A DNA stretch of 64,000 bases from Candidatus Omnitrophota bacterium (GTDB taxonomy: Bacteria; Omnitrophota; Gorgyraeia; Duberdicusellales; 4484-171), in NCBI GenBank assembly GCA_021735655.1, contig JAIPGM010000002.1:258747-322746 (forward strand), written 5' to 3'. The notes below the pieces were generated by a model, which saw nothing but the letters and a program-made list of their open reading frames with translations, ran no database searches and was not told the DNA's origin. Position numbers and translations under genes: made by a program. Of this stretch, positions 56,240 through 64,000 are shown one piece after another. Positions within the stretch are counted from its first letter, which is position 1. Each line of letters begins with the position of its first letter.

Positions 56240-57154
56240 CTAATTACTCTCCAGTTTTACTAAATTTTCCTCTTTATCTTTAAATTTATCAAAATTAATA
56301 TTTAATTCATCTAAAATATCCTCTAAAGTCTCAACTAATTTTGCTCCATCTTTGATTAAAAAATGCGGCCCTTTGCTCAAAAGAGAATTGACTGGCCCCG
56401 GAATAGCGAACACTTCACGATTCTGTTCGCAAGCTAACCGAGCAGTAATTAAGGCGCCGCTTCTTTTGGCTGCCTCAACAACTAATACCCCACATGAAAG
56501 ACCGCTAACAATTCGGTTACGTCGCGGAAAATTTTCCGGTAAAGGCGGGGTATTAAGCGGAAACTCGCTAATAACCACTCCCTTTGCGGTAATTTTTTCA
56601 AAAAGAGCCTGATTTTCCCGAGGATAAACATTAAGCAAACCACTACCTAAAACCGCAACCGTCTCACCGGTCTCTATTGCTCCTTTGTGAGCTGCGGTAT
56701 CAACCCCCCTAGCTAAACCAGAAATAATAACAATACCTAAAGAAGAAAGCTTAACAGCATAATCGTGAGCCAAAGAAATTCCATAATTAGTCGCATTTCT
56801 ACTTCCAACGATAGCAAATAAGGGCTTATTCAAAACAGTTAAATCACCCTCCAGATAAAGAAGTAGCGGCGCTGAATCGATTTCTCTTAATAGGCTCGGA
56901 TAACCAGGGTCAAAAATATCCAGACAAATAACTTTATTCTTTTCAATCAAACGTAGTTCATCATCGAAAACTTTAGAATTTCGAAACTTTAAAATTTTTT
57001 CGATATCATTATTAGTTAAAGAAGAAATCTCCCTTAACTCAGCAACATTTACTCTCAATAGTGAATCTAAATCCGAAAAACTAGCGACTAAGTCTTTTAT
57101 CTTCTTAGGTGAAAGATTTATAAGATTAAGTAAAATTGAACTTTTTTTAGCCAT
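56240..57154 (-). CDS. dprA: DNA processing protein DprA (Smf)
   Basis: Rossmann-like DprA core (AIVGSRNATNYG...ISGLARGVDTAAHKGA...GSGL). Confidence 0.85.
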   Translation of the reverse strand: MAKKSSILLNLINLSPKKIKDLVASFSDLDSLLRVNVAELREISSLTNNDIEKILKFRNSKVFDDELRLIEKNKVICLDIFDPGYPSLLREIDSAPLLLYLEGDLTVLNKPLFAIVGSRNATNYGISLAHDYAVKLSSLGIVIISGLARGVDTAAHKGAIETGETVAVLGSGLLNVYPRENQALFEKITAKGVVISEFPLNTPPLPENFPRRNRIVSGLSCGVLVVEAAKRSGALITARLACEQNREVFAIPGPVNSLLSKGPHFLIKDGAKLVETLEDILDELNINFDKFKDKEENLVKLESN

Positions 57155-57659
57155 TAGTTAACTTTAACAACTCGATAATTTTATAAACTACTCCCTCTGG
57201 GTCTAGTTTATCAGTGTCAACTGTATAGTCAGCCTGTTCATAGTATGGTTTTCGAGCAACAAGTAACCTTTCGATTACCGCCAAAGGATCCTTAGTGTTT
57301 AGCAACGGTCGGTGAATCTTATGCTTAGTTCTTTCATGAATTGTTGAAGCCTTTGCCGAAAGAGAGACCACTACTCCGCTTTCTTTTAAAATACCTAGAT
57401 TATCTTCATTACAGATAAGCCCACCGCCACAGCTAATCACTAAATCACTTTTTGCTGACAATTCCCTAAGTAATTCTTGCTCGAGACGACGAAAATGGGC
57501 TTCGCCCGAATCGGCAAAAATGTTCGTAATCGACTTGCCTTGGTCTTCTTCAATGGCTACATCCATATCAACAAAGCCACGATTTAACTTCTTAGCCAAA
57601 AAACTAGCAACCGTCGTCTTACCGGTTCCCATAAACCCTACGATATATATATTATTCAT
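57147..57659 (-). CDS. aroK: Shikimate kinase
   Basis: P-loop GFMGTGKTT and shikimate-kinase LID/SB regions; 170 aa. Confidence 0.8.
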   Translation of the reverse strand: MNNIYIVGFMGTGKTTVASFLAKKLNRGFVDMDVAIEEDQGKSITNIFADSGEAHFRRLEQELLRELSAKSDLVISCGGGLICNEDNLGILKESGVVVSLSAKASTIHERTKHKIHRPLLNTKDPLAVIERLLVARKPYYEQADYTVDTDKLDPEGVVYKIIELLKLTNG

Positions 57660-57700
57660 AAAAATAAAATGGTTTCTTGTGTGCTATATAGGTAAGTAGT

Positions 57701-57729
57701 ATTATCAACAGATTTATGAAAAAAGTCAA
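57701..57729 (-). promoter_or_regulatory. Putative sigma70-type promoter for aroK-dprA-topA... operon (-35 TTGACT, 17 nt, -10 GATAAT)
   Basis: Minus strand TTGACTttttttcataaatctgtTGATAAT about 40 nt upstream of the aroK start. Confidence 0.35.
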
Positions 57730-57755
57730 GCTGGAGATTAAAAAGACAGTAAATT

Positions 57756-57801
57756 ATAAAAAATAAAACCCTAACCGATTGATTAACAGTCAGTTAGGGT
57801 T
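57756..57801 (-). terminator. Rho-independent terminator downstream of the acyl-CoA dehydrogenase gene
   Basis: Minus strand AACCCUAAC...GUUAGGGUU 9-bp GC-containing stem (extendable) followed by UUUUAUUUUUU. Confidence 0.5.
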
Positions 57802-57833
57802 AGTAAACCGATATCTGGTTTCTTTAGGCTCGT

Positions 57834-59003
57834 TTACTTACCGTATTTCTTTATCAGTTCAAGAGCAATAATATTCCTCTGAATTTGGTTTGTGCCTTCA
57901 TAAATTTGAGTAATTTTGGCATCGCGCATAAATTTCTCAATCGGATAGTCACGCATATAGCCATAGCCACCATAGATTTGAACAGCATTGGTAGTAACCT
58001 CCATGGCCACATCTGAAGCAAACATCTTAGCGGCAGCCGAAGCTACCCCAACATCCTTTGACCCCCGATCAACCATCGAAGCGCAAGCATAAACTAGGCT
58101 TCGAGCAGCCTCAATCTTAGTAGCCATATCCGCCAACATCCATTGTATACCCTGAAATGAGCTTATCGGTTTGCCAAACTGTATACGTTCATGTGCATAT
58201 TTGGTTGCAAGTTCTAAAGCTCCTTGAGCAATACCAACAGCCTGAGCAGCTACCCCCGGACGAGATTGATCAAAAGTCCTCATAGTAGCAATAAAACCTA
58301 ATCCTTCACGGCCACCAAGTAGATTTTCCTGAGGAACCTTAACATCATTAAAAACAAGTTCTCCAGTAGAAGAAGCTCTTATGCCTAATTTTTCTTCCTT
58401 TTTACCAAAAGTAAATCCCTCAGCCCCTTTCTCGACTATAAACGCTGAAACTCCTCGCGGCCCCCTGGATTTATTGGTTACTGCAACAACCGTATAAACT
58501 TGAGCATCACCAGCATTAGTAATAAAATGCTTAGTGCCATTTAAAATATAATAATCACCGTCTTTTTTAGCAGTTGTTTTTACCGCTGCGGCATCTGATC
58601 CGGCCTCTGGTTCAGTTAAACCAAAAGCAGTCAAATGTTTGCCGGAAGCAATGTCCGGTAAATATTTCTTTTTTTGATCTTCAGTTCCATGTAGTAAAAT
58701 TGGAAACATACCCAAAAATGATGCTGCATAAGAAGTTGCCACGCCTCCGTCAACACGAGATATCTCTTCAGTTGCAATACACAGCTCAGCTAGCCCCGAA
58801 CCCATTCCGCCATAGGCCTCTGGGATACAAAGTGAAAAAAGATCCGATTGAGCAAGGATTTGCATAATATCTTTAGGAAATTCCTCCTTCTCATCGAGTT
58901 CCCTGGACTGAGGACGAATCTTTTCCTCAGCAATTTGGCGACATAGCTCCCGTAACATTTTTTGATCTTCAGTTAGATTATGATCAACAATAAACATAAT
59001 CAA
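57834..59003 (-). CDS. Acyl-CoA dehydrogenase (short/butyryl-chain type)
   Basis: ACAD N-terminal, middle and C-terminal domains; catalytic region YEGTNQIQR near C-terminus; 389 aa. Confidence 0.85.
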   Translation of the reverse strand: MIMFIVDHNLTEDQKMLRELCRQIAEEKIRPQSRELDEKEEFPKDIMQILAQSDLFSLCIPEAYGGMGSGLAELCIATEEISRVDGGVATSYAASFLGMFPILLHGTEDQKKKYLPDIASGKHLTAFGLTEPEAGSDAAAVKTTAKKDGDYYILNGTKHFITNAGDAQVYTVVAVTNKSRGPRGVSAFIVEKGAEGFTFGKKEEKLGIRASSTGELVFNDVKVPQENLLGGREGLGFIATMRTFDQSRPGVAAQAVGIAQGALELATKYAHERIQFGKPISSFQGIQWMLADMATKIEAARSLVYACASMVDRGSKDVGVASAAAKMFASDVAMEVTTNAVQIYGGYGYMRDYPIEKFMRDAKITQIYEGTNQIQRNIIALELIKKYGK

Positions 59004-59013
59004 TCCTCCTAGA

Positions 59014-59475
59014 TTATTTACCCTTTAATTTTAAAATTACCGCCTCCTCAGAACAATTAGGAAAACTCATACAATGTATGCAGTCACTCCAAATTTTATG
59101 CGGTAACTTCTTACGAGATATTTTTTTAAAACCTAACTTTTTAAAAAACTGAGGAACAAAGGTTAATGCAAAAATATTACTTACCTCTAACCTTCTAGCT
59201 TCCTCTAAACATTTTAAAACTAGTTTTTTTCCAATGCCGCGGCCTTGAAAACTCTTAGCAATGGCTAAAGACTTTACTTCACCGAGATCTTGCCAACCGA
59301 CAACGCTAAGAGCGCAACAGCCAATTATTCGTTTACCCTGGGTATAAACCCAAAAATCACGTATATGCTCATAGATATAATTTAAAGAACGCTCTAAAAC
59401 TCTGCCCTCTTTGGCCCAAGCATTAATAAGAGCTTGAATTTTTTTACTATCAGTTAGAGTAGCTTTTCTTATCAT
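59014..59475 (-). CDS. GNAT-family N-acetyltransferase
   Basis: Acetyl-CoA-binding motif QGRGIGKKLV; 153 aa. Confidence 0.7.
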   Translation of the reverse strand: MIRKATLTDSKKIQALINAWAKEGRVLERSLNYIYEHIRDFWVYTQGKRIIGCCALSVVGWQDLGEVKSLAIAKSFQGRGIGKKLVLKCLEEARRLEVSNIFALTFVPQFFKKLGFKKISRKKLPHKIWSDCIHCMSFPNCSEEAVILKLKGK

Positions 59476-60107
59476 TCAAAAAAGAATGTGATGCCAGCTA
59501 AATACATTTTTGCATCTATACCTTTGTTCGGATGTTTTATGCTGGCATTAGAAAGGTGGCGGTGACGATATTCACAACTAAAAGCAATATTATCCTTCAA
59601 GCTCCAATGAAACCCAACCGACCCCTGAGGTAAAAAATTCCACTGTGTTCCCTGCTCTTTCGTCTCCTGAGACATATAAATTAAACCAAGACCGCCTTTA
59701 ATATAAGGTTGGAACCAATCAGTAAGCGGAAAATCATATTCAACTAGAAAATTCGAACCTACCTCAAACTCATCGCTGGGACTGGTAATAACATTAAAAA
59801 ATGGTTCGAGTACAAAATCTAGGTAACCTTTAGTGCTAATGCCAACTTTTGAAAAAAAAGGCCTTGCATCGTAACCCAAAGAAACCAAAAGAGATACGCC
59901 TCGATTATCATGCTCGTGCTTCATTCGCTCGTCTAAAAACCCGGTAAAGATTCCAATTTTACGCAAGCCTCCTTCTTTGGCGGTTGGGACTTCAGTAGCA
60001 ACTTTAGCCTGGCCTTTACCTTCAATGCTATCTAAAGTGTCGCTAATACCGGCATAAGTAAAACCTGGAATAAAAAGAAAAACTAAAACAACTACTATCT
60101 TTTTCAT
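59472..60107 (-). CDS. Outer-membrane lipid A deacylase PagL-like / acyloxyacyl hydrolase (tentative)
   Basis: Signal peptide; beta-strand-rich; C-terminal HRHLSNASI...NKGID...AGITFFF resembles the PagL catalytic His/Ser region (HxSNA) and terminal aromatic residue. Confidence 0.45.
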   Translation of the reverse strand: MKKIVVVLVFLFIPGFTYAGISDTLDSIEGKGQAKVATEVPTAKEGGLRKIGIFTGFLDERMKHEHDNRGVSLLVSLGYDARPFFSKVGISTKGYLDFVLEPFFNVITSPSDEFEVGSNFLVEYDFPLTDWFQPYIKGGLGLIYMSQETKEQGTQWNFLPQGSVGFHWSLKDNIAFSCEYRHRHLSNASIKHPNKGIDAKMYLAGITFFFE

Positions 60108-60146
60108 CGTTATATTGTAGCAAAAATACTTACTATTGCAACTTTT

Positions 60147-61379
60147 TTATTGCACTAATAAGGGAATGATTTCAGAAAGGGTAGGATGAATAAAAAGGCA
60201 TTTCTTTAAATCATTCAAATTTAATTGATTCTTTATGCAAAGCGAAAAAATACTGATTAGCTCGCCAGCATGCTTTGAAATTATCCCGGCACCAATTATC
60301 TTCCCCTGGTCATCGATCAAAACCTTCATAAATCCGTCGCTATCGTCATAGACATGAGCCGAAGAAAACTTTAAAAAGTTTGACTTTATAACTTTAAAAT
60401 TAATTCCTTCTAACTTAGCCTCAGCTTCTAAAATACCAACCTTAGCTAGCTGGGGTTGAGAAAATACACATTCCGGTAATCCACTATAATCTTCAAGAAT
60501 ATTTTTACCGCTTATATTGTCAACCGCAAGACGCCCTTGATATTCCGCCACATAGGCCAGAAGGCGTTTTCCAATCACGTCGCCACAAGCATAAATATTA
60601 TCCTGAGAAGTTTTAAGGTAATTGTCTGTTTTAATCCAGCCATTACCGTCAACTAAAACAGCAGCATTTTCTAATTTTAAGCCTTCCAAGCTCGGGCTTC
60701 GGCCAACTGCTTGGACGATCATAGAAAACTTACTGAAATCATACTTATTAGCATCGACTCCGGTTTCCAGCTCAACCCCCTGCCGCTTGAGAATTACTTC
60801 TAAACGCGAGCTAAGTTGGCTATCAAAACTAGGTAAAATCTGATTTTCTTTTTCAATCAGAAGTACTTTTTTACCGAATTTGTGTAAAAGCGAAGATAAT
60901 TCTACCCCCACATAGCCGGCTCCAATAATTAAAATATTATCAGCTAAAATTTTTTGATCAAGAACCGATTCAACTGAAATAGTTTTTGATGATTTAAAAA
61001 TATCTTTGGAAAGAGACCCTGAAGCGATAATAATATTTTTAGCTAAGACTTTTTCTCCGTTTACAGCTAAAGTATTTTTATCGACAAAAGAAGCTTCCCC
61101 GAAAATAATATCTAACCCTTGCTTCTTTAGAGAACCGATTATCGGTAACTTAATTTTTTCAATCAGAGCTTGCTTTAATACCAATAAGTCAGACCAAGAT
61201 TTACTTGAGTTAGAATTTTGAATAAAAAATTTGGTAGGAATGCAACCTTGATTCAAGCAAACACCGCCGAAAGCATTTTCGCTTTTATCAATCAAGATTG
61301 ACTTTAAACCCGCGGCTAAGGCGCTCTTGGCGGCAGATATCCCAGCCGGGCCTGCTCCGATAATCGCTAGATCATACAT
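60147..61379 (-). CDS. Pyridine nucleotide-disulfide oxidoreductase, dihydrolipoyl-dehydrogenase-like
   Basis: FAD motif IIGAGPAGISAA; redox-active disulfide GGVCLNQGCIPTK; NAD motif IIGAGYVGVE; C-terminal HPTLSE. Shorter (410 aa) than canonical LpdA. Confidence 0.75.
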   Translation of the reverse strand: MYDLAIIGAGPAGISAAKSALAAGLKSILIDKSENAFGGVCLNQGCIPTKFFIQNSNSSKSWSDLLVLKQALIEKIKLPIIGSLKKQGLDIIFGEASFVDKNTLAVNGEKVLAKNIIIASGSLSKDIFKSSKTISVESVLDQKILADNILIIGAGYVGVELSSLLHKFGKKVLLIEKENQILPSFDSQLSSRLEVILKRQGVELETGVDANKYDFSKFSMIVQAVGRSPSLEGLKLENAAVLVDGNGWIKTDNYLKTSQDNIYACGDVIGKRLLAYVAEYQGRLAVDNISGKNILEDYSGLPECVFSQPQLAKVGILEAEAKLEGINFKVIKSNFLKFSSAHVYDDSDGFMKVLIDDQGKIIGAGIISKHAGELISIFSLCIKNQLNLNDLKKCLFIHPTLSEIIPLLVQ

Positions 61380-62284
61380 TCTTTAAACAGTTTTTCAGCT
61401 TTTTTAAGAGCGGTTTTTTCTTTTTTAGTCAACTCTACTTCGATAATCTTGGCGATTCCTTTGCGATTAATAAAACAAGGCACGCCTAAACAAATATTAT
61501 TTAAACCATACTCACCCTTAAGCATCGCTGATACTGGAATAAGCTCATTTTTATTGTAAACAATAGTTTCAATCAACCGCGAGCAAGCAGCAGCCGGTCC
61601 AAAACGAGCGCTAGACTTTTTTAAAACACTGACTATTTCAGCCCCGCGAAGCTGAACTCTCTCTTCGATTGTTTTAGCCTTAGATTTACCAACTACGGAC
61701 TCTAAACTTTTTGTAGCAATAGTTATTCGTTTAGACTCAACAATCATATCCTTACTATGCGGTCCATAAGCAAACCCTTGCATCGAAAGTGTCGAAGCTC
61801 CAGTCGAATTGTGTAAAATATTAAAAAGACGGCTCGTATCTAAAGAAGACCCCATGCCAATGACTCGATTACGCGGGAAACCAGTCTCCTTGGCAACTAT
61901 ATAAGTAATAAAATCTAAAGGATTAGTTACGGCGATAACTATCGCATTCTTAGCGAGCTTTTTTATCTTTTCGGAAATTTCTTTAGCAATTTTTGAGTTA
62001 ATTTTTAAAAGGTCAAGACGGGTCATACCTTTTTTACGCGCAAGACCTGCGGTAATAACAACTATATCTGAATTTTTGATATCAGACAGTCTGTTGCTTC
62101 CTTTAATTTTAGTTGAAAATCCAAAAGATCCCCGACAATCCTCCAAATCTAAACCCGAACCCTTGGCCAGATCAGCGTCAATATCAATAAGTGCTAACTC
62201 ATTAACCGGCAGTCGGTTAAGAATAGTAAACGCAAGGGTAGCACCAACTCCACCAACACCAACTATCGAAATCTTATTAACCAT
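61367..62284 (-). CDS. mdh: Malate dehydrogenase (LDH-like MDH family)
   Basis: ISIVGVGGVGATLAF NAD motif; substrate loop ITAGLARKKGMTRLDLL with Arg at the MDH/LDH specificity position; catalytic His region. Confidence 0.7.
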   Translation of the reverse strand: MVNKISIVGVGGVGATLAFTILNRLPVNELALIDIDADLAKGSGLDLEDCRGSFGFSTKIKGSNRLSDIKNSDIVVITAGLARKKGMTRLDLLKINSKIAKEISEKIKKLAKNAIVIAVTNPLDFITYIVAKETGFPRNRVIGMGSSLDTSRLFNILHNSTGASTLSMQGFAYGPHSKDMIVESKRITIATKSLESVVGKSKAKTIEERVQLRGAEIVSVLKKSSARFGPAAACSRLIETIVYNKNELIPVSAMLKGEYGLNNICLGVPCFINRKGIAKIIEVELTKKEKTALKKAEKLFKECMI

Positions 62285-62294
62285 GCAATTAAGC

Positions 62295-62798
62295 TTATTT
62301 GATTTTAAATCCTTTATTTTTCTTAAGATAGCTTAAAATACCCCCACAGTAGATTAACTCCTTCCTAAAGCTATCCCAAGGTTTAAACTCCAGGCAGGCA
62401 GAGCTTTTTTCTTTAGTAATTATGCCTTTATCAAAATTTATGCTGATCTTATCGGCTTCTTTTAAAGAATTAGTATTTGCCTCAACTAAAGCTAAGCCAA
62501 TGTTAAAAGCGTTTCGATAAAAAATTCTAGCAAAGCTCTTGGCCACAACGCAAACTACGCCAGCCTCTTTTATAACCCAGGGAGCTTGTTCGCGCGACGA
62601 ACCCATACCAAAGTTTTCGCCGGCTACAATTATTGACTTTTTCGGTTCAAGTTCATCATAAAACCCCGGACGTATGTCTTCAAAAAGATAATGAGCCAAT
62701 TCTTTCATGTCAGTAATTGAAAACTTATACCGCCCAGAGATTATCCAATCAGTATTGATGTTGTTACCGAATTTAAATACTTTTCCTTTTAAAGTCAT
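62295..62798 (-). CDS. 3-isopropylmalate dehydratase small subunit-like (LeuD/aconitase swivel domain)
   Basis: [15 protein letters not shown] and [17 protein letters not shown] motifs of LeuD type 2; 167 aa. No LeuC adjacent. Confidence 0.65.
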   Translation of the reverse strand: MTLKGKVFKFGNNINTDWIISGRYKFSITDMKELAHYLFEDIRPGFYDELEPKKSIIVAGENFGMGSSREQAPWVIKEAGVVCVVAKSFARIFYRNAFNIGLALVEANTNSLKEADKISINFDKGIITKEKSSACLEFKPWDSFRKELIYCGGILSYLKKNKGFKIK

Positions 62799-62807
62799 TG
62801 CTGTTCT

Positions 62808-63857
62808 CTATAAACTTTCAAACTCGACAACGTTTTTAACCTTTCGCAGGGCTACATCTTTAGTGATAATTTTCTTTTTATAAAGCTCTTTTAAGCTTTT
62901 ATCCATTGTATGCATTCCATATTGTGCACCCATCTGAAGCAAAGAAGGAATCTGGGCGATGTCATTCTCTCTAATTAAATTACGTATACCCGGAGTTGAC
63001 ACCATAACCTCAGTAGCAAGAACCCTTCCTGCATTGTCAGCTCTGGGAAGTAGCACCTGAGATAAAACTCCCTGTAAGCATTCAGCTAGTTGAACAGTAA
63101 CTTGACGTTGTTGGTGCGGTGGAAAAACATCGATGATTCTTTGAACTGTCTGGGGAGCATCTGGTGTGTGCAAAGTAGCTAAAACTAGATGTCCAGTTTC
63201 AGCTGCCGTAAGGGTAGTTGAAATAGTATCTAAATCTCTCATCTCACCGACCACGATAACATCAGGATCCTGGCGCAAAATTCGCTTTAAAGCCTCTGGA
63301 AAGGAGTGGGTGTCAGAATATACTTCTCGTTGTTTTATGATACTCTTTTTATTAACGTGAATAAATTCAATCGGATCTTCTACGCAAATAACCATCTCTT
63401 CACGTTCTTTATTGATAAAATCGATCATCGAAGCAAGGGTCGTACTTTTTCCGGTTCCGGTAGGCCCAGTAACTAAAACCAATCCATTAGGCCTTTTAAC
63501 AAAATCATAAACTACATCCGGCAATCCCAAGCTATCAATGGATGGGATTTCCATCGGTACCCGACGCATCGCCGCCTCAACACTACCCTTTTGAATATGA
63601 ACGTTTACTCTATAGCGGTCCATATCCGGCAAGGCAAAGGAAAAATCTAACTCCTTATCTCGTTCAAATAAAGCCTTCTGCTCATTATTAAGCATACTGT
63701 AAATTAAATGCTTAGTTTCCTCACTGTTAAGCGGATCAAACTCACCGATACTTAACTTGCCGTCAACTCGAAAAATAGGAGGATTATCTGCGCTGAGATG
63801 AAGATCGCTCGCCCCTTTATCCTGTGTTTGTTTAAGAAGCTGATTTATATTAACCAT
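62808..63857 (-). CDS. pilT: Twitching-motility ATPase PilT
   Basis: Walker A GPTGTGKST, Asp box, Walker B DVIVVGEMRD, His box TLHTPDAPQ; 349 aa. Confidence 0.85.
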   Translation of the reverse strand: MVNINQLLKQTQDKGASDLHLSADNPPIFRVDGKLSIGEFDPLNSEETKHLIYSMLNNEQKALFERDKELDFSFALPDMDRYRVNVHIQKGSVEAAMRRVPMEIPSIDSLGLPDVVYDFVKRPNGLVLVTGPTGTGKSTTLASMIDFINKEREEMVICVEDPIEFIHVNKKSIIKQREVYSDTHSFPEALKRILRQDPDVIVVGEMRDLDTISTTLTAAETGHLVLATLHTPDAPQTVQRIIDVFPPHQQRQVTVQLAECLQGVLSQVLLPRADNAGRVLATEVMVSTPGIRNLIRENDIAQIPSLLQMGAQYGMHTMDKSLKELYKKKIITKDVALRKVKNVVEFESL

Positions 63858-64000
63858 ATTGTCCTCCTATGTTAATTGTCCAGTATATTCTACTCTCAAA
63901 ATATCAAGCCATTTATCGCAAGCCCTACATTAGGCTGGAGATAAATGGTAAACTTTTTTATCAGATTGTAATTTAAAATTACTAAAATCTTCAAATACCC

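Noticed and set aside
62295-62798. Orphan LeuD-like gene adjacent to mdh as a possible novel two-subunit hydrolyase
   Set aside because: The partner large subunit could simply lie outside the window; the evidence is insufficient.

Overview
This is a low-GC (~35-38% by eye) bacterial chromosomal segment, apparently from a diderm organism: it carries a full lipid A/Kdo/heptose LPS-core cluster, a PagL-like outer-membrane deacylase and a TonB-dependent receptor. Almost every gene lies on the minus strand; the only clear plus-strand genes are the GatB/YqeY gene and a small pilin-like ORF. Housekeeping genes include ppdK, glyQS, apt, an RpoD-family sigma factor, topA, dprA, aroK, xerC/D, an EF-G paralog, uppP, mdh, a leuD-like gene and pilT. 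There is an LPS core biosynthesis block at about 42.4-53.4 kb containing several gene fusions. The centrepiece is an ~16 kb operon at about 25.8-41.9 kb encoding a group-4 (Mbh/Ech-type) membrane-bound [NiFe] hydrogenase. It has a complete Mrp-antiporter-like membrane module plus a soluble NAD(P)H-type beta/gamma module, and appears to be controlled by a Rex-type operator. It is followed by an unusual maturation module: HycI protease, a zinc-finger-less HypA, a HypC domain translationally fused to a HydE-like radical-SAM enzyme, Rex, and a HydG-like (ThiH-family) radical-SAM enzyme. In known systems HydE/HydG belong to [FeFe]-hydrogenase H-cluster assembly, where they make Fe-CO/CN synthons from tyrosine. 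Finding them fused to and embedded in [NiFe] maturation genes suggests a hybrid, undescribed route for building the [NiFe] Fe(CN)2CO centre. Other notable items are an EF-G with a ~370-aa N-terminal transmembrane/coiled-coil extension and a cobalamin riboswitch with a terminator-type expression platform upstream of the TonB-dependent receptor. There is also a tRNA-Arg(CCU), a ~190-nt candidate structured sRNA with its own promoter, two c-di-GMP-related multidomain proteins (REC-GGDEF-MshEN, STAS-PilZ) and small unannotated ORFs. I found no CRISPR array and no obvious transposon or prophage genes; I cannot say whether the EF-G fusion or any other gene is lineage-specific without external comparison.
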